Shown here: positions 60,225-64,000 of the stretch, one piece after another
Layout of the letters: each line of letters begins with the position of its first letter
How positions within the stretch are numbered: the stretch's first letter is position 1
Origin: Armatimonadota bacterium
GTDB taxonomy: Bacteria; Vulcanimicrobiota; JACPDS01; JBDRKI01
Length of the DNA: 64,000 bases
NCBI GenBank assembly: GCA_043814095.1
Contig: JBDRKI010000048.1
Span: 11,273 to 75,272 of the forward strand
Reading direction: 5' to 3'
The notes under the pieces: generated by a model
Database searches by the model: none
The model's input: only the letters and a program-made list of their open reading frames with translations
What the model was told of the DNA's origin: nothing
Position numbers and translations under genes: made by a program

Positions 60225-60930
60225 GTTTATGCACCTGCGGTATAATTTTTACCGCTTCATGCTTTTTAAGAAGCTCTTTCTGCCAGAGAACAAGCTTCTT
60301 TAAAGACGGAGCATTCTTCTCTGATACAGGCTGCAGTATAATCACAACTTTTCTCCCCGCGCATAATGCGGAAGTTTTTTTGAGGTCGGCTGAGCTTATA
60401 TTTTTACCTACAACAATCTTTACAAAAATTTCTTTTTTATTTTTAAGCGCAATGTCAAGAAACTTTTTATGCTCTTCCCAGAAAGACTTCTCCCCTGTTA
60501 CAGACGGCAGCTTTATATCCATTGCTATTATATCAACAAGCTTTATTATCTTTTTAAGCTCTTTACGCAATATTCCGTTTGTCTCAAGATATATTTTTAG
60601 CTTTTCTTTTTTAAGATAGGGCAGAAAGGTTTTTAAAAAATCCGCATGCAAAAGAGGTTCTCCCCCTGTAATACTTACGGAATGGTGCTTGTCTTTATTG
60701 ATCTGCTTAATTATATTAAACAGTTTGTCTTTTGTGATGGGATTTTTAAATTTTACAAACTTCCTGCTTCCCGCCTTTTTTTCAATCCTGCCGTAATCTG
60801 CCTCTCTCACGGTATCACAGTAGGAACAGTTAATATTGCAACCGCAGAACCTTACAAATATCTGCCTCAGTCCCAGGTATTCACCTTCACCTTGTATGGC
60901 GCTGTATATTTCACTTACATATGCTTTCAT
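60208..60930 (-). CDS. queE: 7-carboxy-7-deazaguanine synthase-like radical SAM protein
   Basis: IQGEG, FVRF, CNINCSYC, TGGEPLL, LETNG, PQVHK. Confidence 0.88.
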   Translation of the reverse strand: MKAYVSEIYSAIQGEGEYLGLRQIFVRFCGCNINCSYCDTVREADYGRIEKKAGSRKFVKFKNPITKDKLFNIIKQINKDKHHSVSITGGEPLLHADFLKTFLPYLKKEKLKIYLETNGILRKELKKIIKLVDIIAMDIKLPSVTGEKSFWEEHKKFLDIALKNKKEIFVKIVVGKNISSADLKKTSALCAGRKVVIILQPVSEKNAPSLKKLVLWQKELLKKHEAVKIIPQVHKLMGEI

Positions 60931-61015
60931 ACTGCCTCATATCCCTTGCCAAAAATTACATAACTATTATATAATAAGCGCGGGGAAAATAAAATACAAC
61001 CGAAGGTGATAATTT

Positions 61016-62185
61016 ATGAAAAAAAACATATACCTTGATCACGCCTCCACAACGCCTGTTCATCCGGAAGTAGTAAAGGCGATGCTTCCCTATTTCGGCG
61101 AAAAATACGGGAACCCGTCAACTTTATACGCTCTGGGCAGGGAAGCGCGCACCGCCATAGAAGAAGCGCGGGAGCAGATAGCAAATATACTAGGAGCTTC
61201 AAAGCCAACTGAAATTATATTCACATCCGGCGGCACGGAAAGCGACAACCTGGCAATTAAGGGAATATGCGAAGCATATAAAGATAAAGGCAGACATATA
61301 ATAACTTCTTCTGTTGAACACAGCGCAGTAATCCATACTTTTGAATATATGGAAAAGCAGGGTTATGAAGTAACCTACCTGCCTGTTGACAAGTACGGGA
61401 TCGTGGACATAAACGCTTTAAAAGAATCCATAAGGCCTGATACAATATTTGTATCCATTATGACGGCAAACAATGAAGTCGGTACAATCCAGCCTGTAAA
61501 AGAGATATCAAACATACTAAAAGAAAAAAATATAATTTTCCATACTGATGCGGTACAGGCCATAGGAAGCCTGCCTGTAAATGTCCAGGATCTCGGTGTT
61601 GACGCATTGAGTTTATCAGCGCATAAATTCTACGGACCAAAAGGAACAGGCGCCCTTTACTTAAAAAGGGGTATCCGTATAGTTTCCCAGAACATCGGCG
61701 GAAGCCAGGAAAGAAGGCATCGCGCCGGAACGGAAAACGTGCCCGGGATTATAGGGATGGCAAAAGCGCTGGAGATCGCGTGCGGCAAAGACTTTGAAGA
61801 AAAAAACAAAAGAATAACAAACTTAAGAAACCGCCTCATAAACGGGGTTATGGATTCTATAACAAAAACGCATCTTACGGGAGATCCTGTAAAAAGACTC
61901 CCGAACAGCGCAAGTTTCGTATTTGAACAGGTTGAAGGTGAATCAATATTATTAAACTTAGATCTTTTAGGCATAGCGGCAACCAGCGGTTCGGCGTGCA
62001 CCTCGGATTCTCTTGAGCCCTCATATGTACTAAAAGCGATGGGAGTGCCGATAGAGATAGCACACGGAAGCTTAAGATTAACCCTTGGAACCGGCACAAC
62101 CGAAGAGGATATAAATTATGTGCTGGAGCATCTGCCTAAAATAATAGATAAATTAAGGGCTATGTCGCCCCTTGCAGGAAAATAA
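61016..62185 (+). CDS. nifS: Cysteine desulfurase
   Basis: YLDHASTTP, FTSGGTESDN, HTDAVQ, SAHKFYGPKG, SGSACTS. Confidence 0.96.
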   Translation: MKKNIYLDHASTTPVHPEVVKAMLPYFGEKYGNPSTLYALGREARTAIEEAREQIANILGASKPTEIIFTSGGTESDNLAIKGICEAYKDKGRHIITSSVEHSAVIHTFEYMEKQGYEVTYLPVDKYGIVDINALKESIRPDTIFVSIMTANNEVGTIQPVKEISNILKEKNIIFHTDAVQAIGSLPVNVQDLGVDALSLSAHKFYGPKGTGALYLKRGIRIVSQNIGGSQERRHRAGTENVPGIIGMAKALEIACGKDFEEKNKRITNLRNRLINGVMDSITKTHLTGDPVKRLPNSASFVFEQVEGESILLNLDLLGIAATSGSACTSDSLEPSYVLKAMGVPIEIAHGSLRLTLGTGTTEEDINYVLEHLPKIIDKLRAMSPLAGK

Positions 62186-62230
62186 TTAACCTATGCTGAA
62201 AGCAAAGATCAGAACACGCGGAGCAAAATT

Positions 62231-62518
62231 ATGTCTTATGAATATCAACATGTAAACAGAGAAAAAAAAGAAGCTCAACAGCTTAAACAGAAAGCTTTGG
62301 AGCCCTGTAAGATGCACTGCAGGATCCTGGGCAAAGAAGTTACTGTATTAAAAGAATACCCTGATTATAAGGGGCACTGGGATAAAGGCGAACCCGGTGA
62401 TATATACTGTGAGAACATTATTGAATGCTACCAGAATGAAGTTAAGTGTAAATACTCGGGTATAAGCCAGTTATACCCCGATCCTTTCAGTGAAGAAACA
62501 GAACCTAAGATAGATTAA
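62231..62518 (+). CDS. Small Cys-containing hypothetical protein
   Basis: GGAG RBS; five Cys (CKMHC, CENIIEC, C). Confidence 0.72.
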   Translation: MSYEYQHVNREKKEAQQLKQKALEPCKMHCRILGKEVTVLKEYPDYKGHWDKGEPGDIYCENIIECYQNEVKCKYSGISQLYPDPFSEETEPKID

Positions 62519-62545
62519 TACTAACTTTTCTATTCATTATTTATA

Positions 62546-62626
62546 TTAAAGACACTTGAAAAGAACCACTCCTGCTATAATTATAGCAACAACAGCTACC
62601 CAGAAATATGCATTTAAGCCTTTCAT
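62546..62626 (-). CDS. Unannotated 26-aa single-TM peptide MKGLNAYFWVAVVAIIIAGVVLFKCL
   Basis: Translated by hand; GGGGGG SD-like run 8 nt before ATG; one hydrophobic helix flanked by Lys. Confidence 0.6.
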   Translation of the reverse strand: MKGLNAYFWVAVVAIIIAGVVLFKCL

Positions 62627-62816
62627 AAATCATACCCCCCTATTTACTTAAATAGGAATTTCTATATTAATTCCACTTATATATAAATTTTTCCTTGTTT
62701 TTTCCATTATATTGCAATAATAACAAAAAAATGTTGAAAAATAACAATAATTACTTTAATAACCTTCATTTATTATTAAGTAAAGTTAATATTTTATTTA
62801 ATAATAAGAAAAAAAG

Positions 62817-62870
62817 TTAACAAAATGTTAACAATTTTGTAATAATTTGGCAACATACTTTTGTTAAGAT
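62817..62870 (+). promoter_or_regulatory. Phased TTAACA-type array plus extended -10
   Basis: TTAACA 62817 and 62828, GTAATA 62839, GCAACA 62850; TGT-TAAGAT at 62862-62870. Confidence 0.55.
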
Positions 62871-62923
62871 AAAGTTAACAGATATTATACATTTATCTTT
62901 TCTATATATTATTGGGGGAGAAA

Positions 62924-64000
62924 TTGGGCATATATGACCGCATTAAAAATGCGATTAGTCCTATAAATACAGCAAGAGCATCTTCCGCAAAGCGGAAGAT
63001 GACTTTTGATATTATTGACAATAAGAATTTTGATAAATATATAAACTTTGATATAGGAAGAGGATTCCTTCTTCATCTTAAAAAGAAAGATTTCTACCTC
63101 TGGCAGATCCTTGCAAATAACAAAAGAAAACTAACAGGCCTTAAGGGAAAAGAAAAAGCTTATCTTAAAAAGAAACAAAATACCCTTTTCAGATTATTTA
63201 ACTGGTACCACGCAAGAAACTCAAACTACGGTACCTATGTCTCTGCATCAAACTGTAAAAAGATACTAAAATCATCCCTTGGATACAACTTCTTAAGAAT
63301 ACTTAAAAAGGATTATCCTGTTCTGCACAAAGGATTCATGCAGAAAGGTTATGACGGGATTCAGGATAATACTAAAGTATTCTTCGCGCATCTTTTCAAC
63401 AGATACTTTAAATCGGGTTGTAATAAAATTGAATTAGGGCATCAATCAGAATACATAAAGAAGATGGTATTCTGGGCTAAAGGCGAGCATATACATATTG
63501 CTAAAAAAGAAAACACAAAGAAAAGCAATAAAGAGAATAAAAAAGTAACTGATGCTAAAGATAAAGTATATTCTAAACCGGTAAGCGTAAACGAAAACAC
63601 TGATCCTGATTACCTTAAACTGCTATTATCATCATCATCAGGATACGGATTCTTAGCTAAACTTAAAACAGCTTCACCCAACCTGCATAATGTATATAAA
63701 CAGCAGAATGAACCTAAACTTACAAATCTTAAAAAGTTTGATAAAAAAGCTTACAGGCTGTTAGCCGGATTATACGGCAGATACCTTAATTCAGGAAAAG
63801 TCCCCAAAACAGCTTACAGCACGCCTCAGGAAGAAGAACAAAGAATAGCTTCATTTGTTAGAAAGAACCTTAAAACACCTGAAGATATAACTAAATGCAT
63901 AGAAAAGATAGAGAAGCTTCCTCCGGAAGAAGCTTTTGTTGCTAAAAAAGTGCTTGGCAATATATTCCTTAAAAAATCACTTATGAACAAGAACCCCGAT
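62924..64000 (+). CDS. Lys-rich hypothetical repeat protein, truncated by the window end (359 codons visible)
   Basis: Stop-free frame from TTG 62924 (GGGGGAG upstream) to 64000, translated by hand; absent from the ORF track. Confidence 0.8.
   Translation, partial: MGIYDRIKNAISPINTARASSAKRKMTFDIIDNKNFDKYINFDIGRGFLLHLKKKDFYLWQILANNKRKLTGLKGKEKAYLKKKQNTLFRLFNWYHARNSNYGTYVSASNCKKILKSSLGYNFLRILKKDYPVLHKGFMQKGYDGIQDNTKVFFAHLFNRYFKSGCNKIELGHQSEYIKKMVFWAKGEHIHIAKKENTKKSNKENKKVTDAKDKVYSKPVSVNENTDPDYLKLLLSSSSGYGFLAKLKTASPNLHNVYKQQNEPKLTNLKKFDKKAYRLLAGLYGRYLNSGKVPKTAYSTPQEEEQRIASFVRKNLKTPEDITKCIEKIEKLPPEEAFVAKKVLGNIFLKKSLMNKNPD

Noticed and set aside
59568-60930. hypB and queE as part of a hydrogenase or 7-deazaguanine DNA-modification cluster
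   Set aside because: They are convergent singletons; no hypA, hydrogenase, queC/D or dpd genes in the window.

Overview
AT-rich bacterial chromosomal window, mostly housekeeping and envelope genes. The core genes look Terrabacteria/Bacillota-like (rpoBC, relA-dtd, tilS-hpt, nadD-rsfS). LptA- and LptD-like proteins, three Lnt paralogues and an SLH-plus-barrel protein point to a diderm envelope (inference). Contents: rpoC/rpoB with two odd RpoB insertions and a Zn-ribbon/Lys-rich leader gene; a relA-dtd-PqqD-like-MBL-tyrS operon; tRNA-Met(CAT) and tRNA-Leu(CAG); a type IV minor-pilin/PilC cluster including a pilin-propeller fusion; and a 12-kb envelope/peptidoglycan operon (lnt x3, lptA-like, TPR, PTS IIB, murQ, SpoIID, metallophosphoesterase). 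An AbiEi/AbiEii type IV toxin-antitoxin pair sits between two diverged direct-repeat copies of a secreted pilin-like gene, one of them a pseudogene, and both carry poly-G promoter tracts. Also present are ComEA-like, ComEC, glmS-like, hypB, queE, nifS, and two ORFs missing from the track (a 26-aa membrane peptide and a repeat protein running off the end). Two recurring regulatory motifs were read directly: phased TTAACA x4 arrays and a SigH-like promoter on both pilin units. No CRISPR array, integrase, transposase or rRNA was seen. All calls come from motif recognition by eye; no searches were run.
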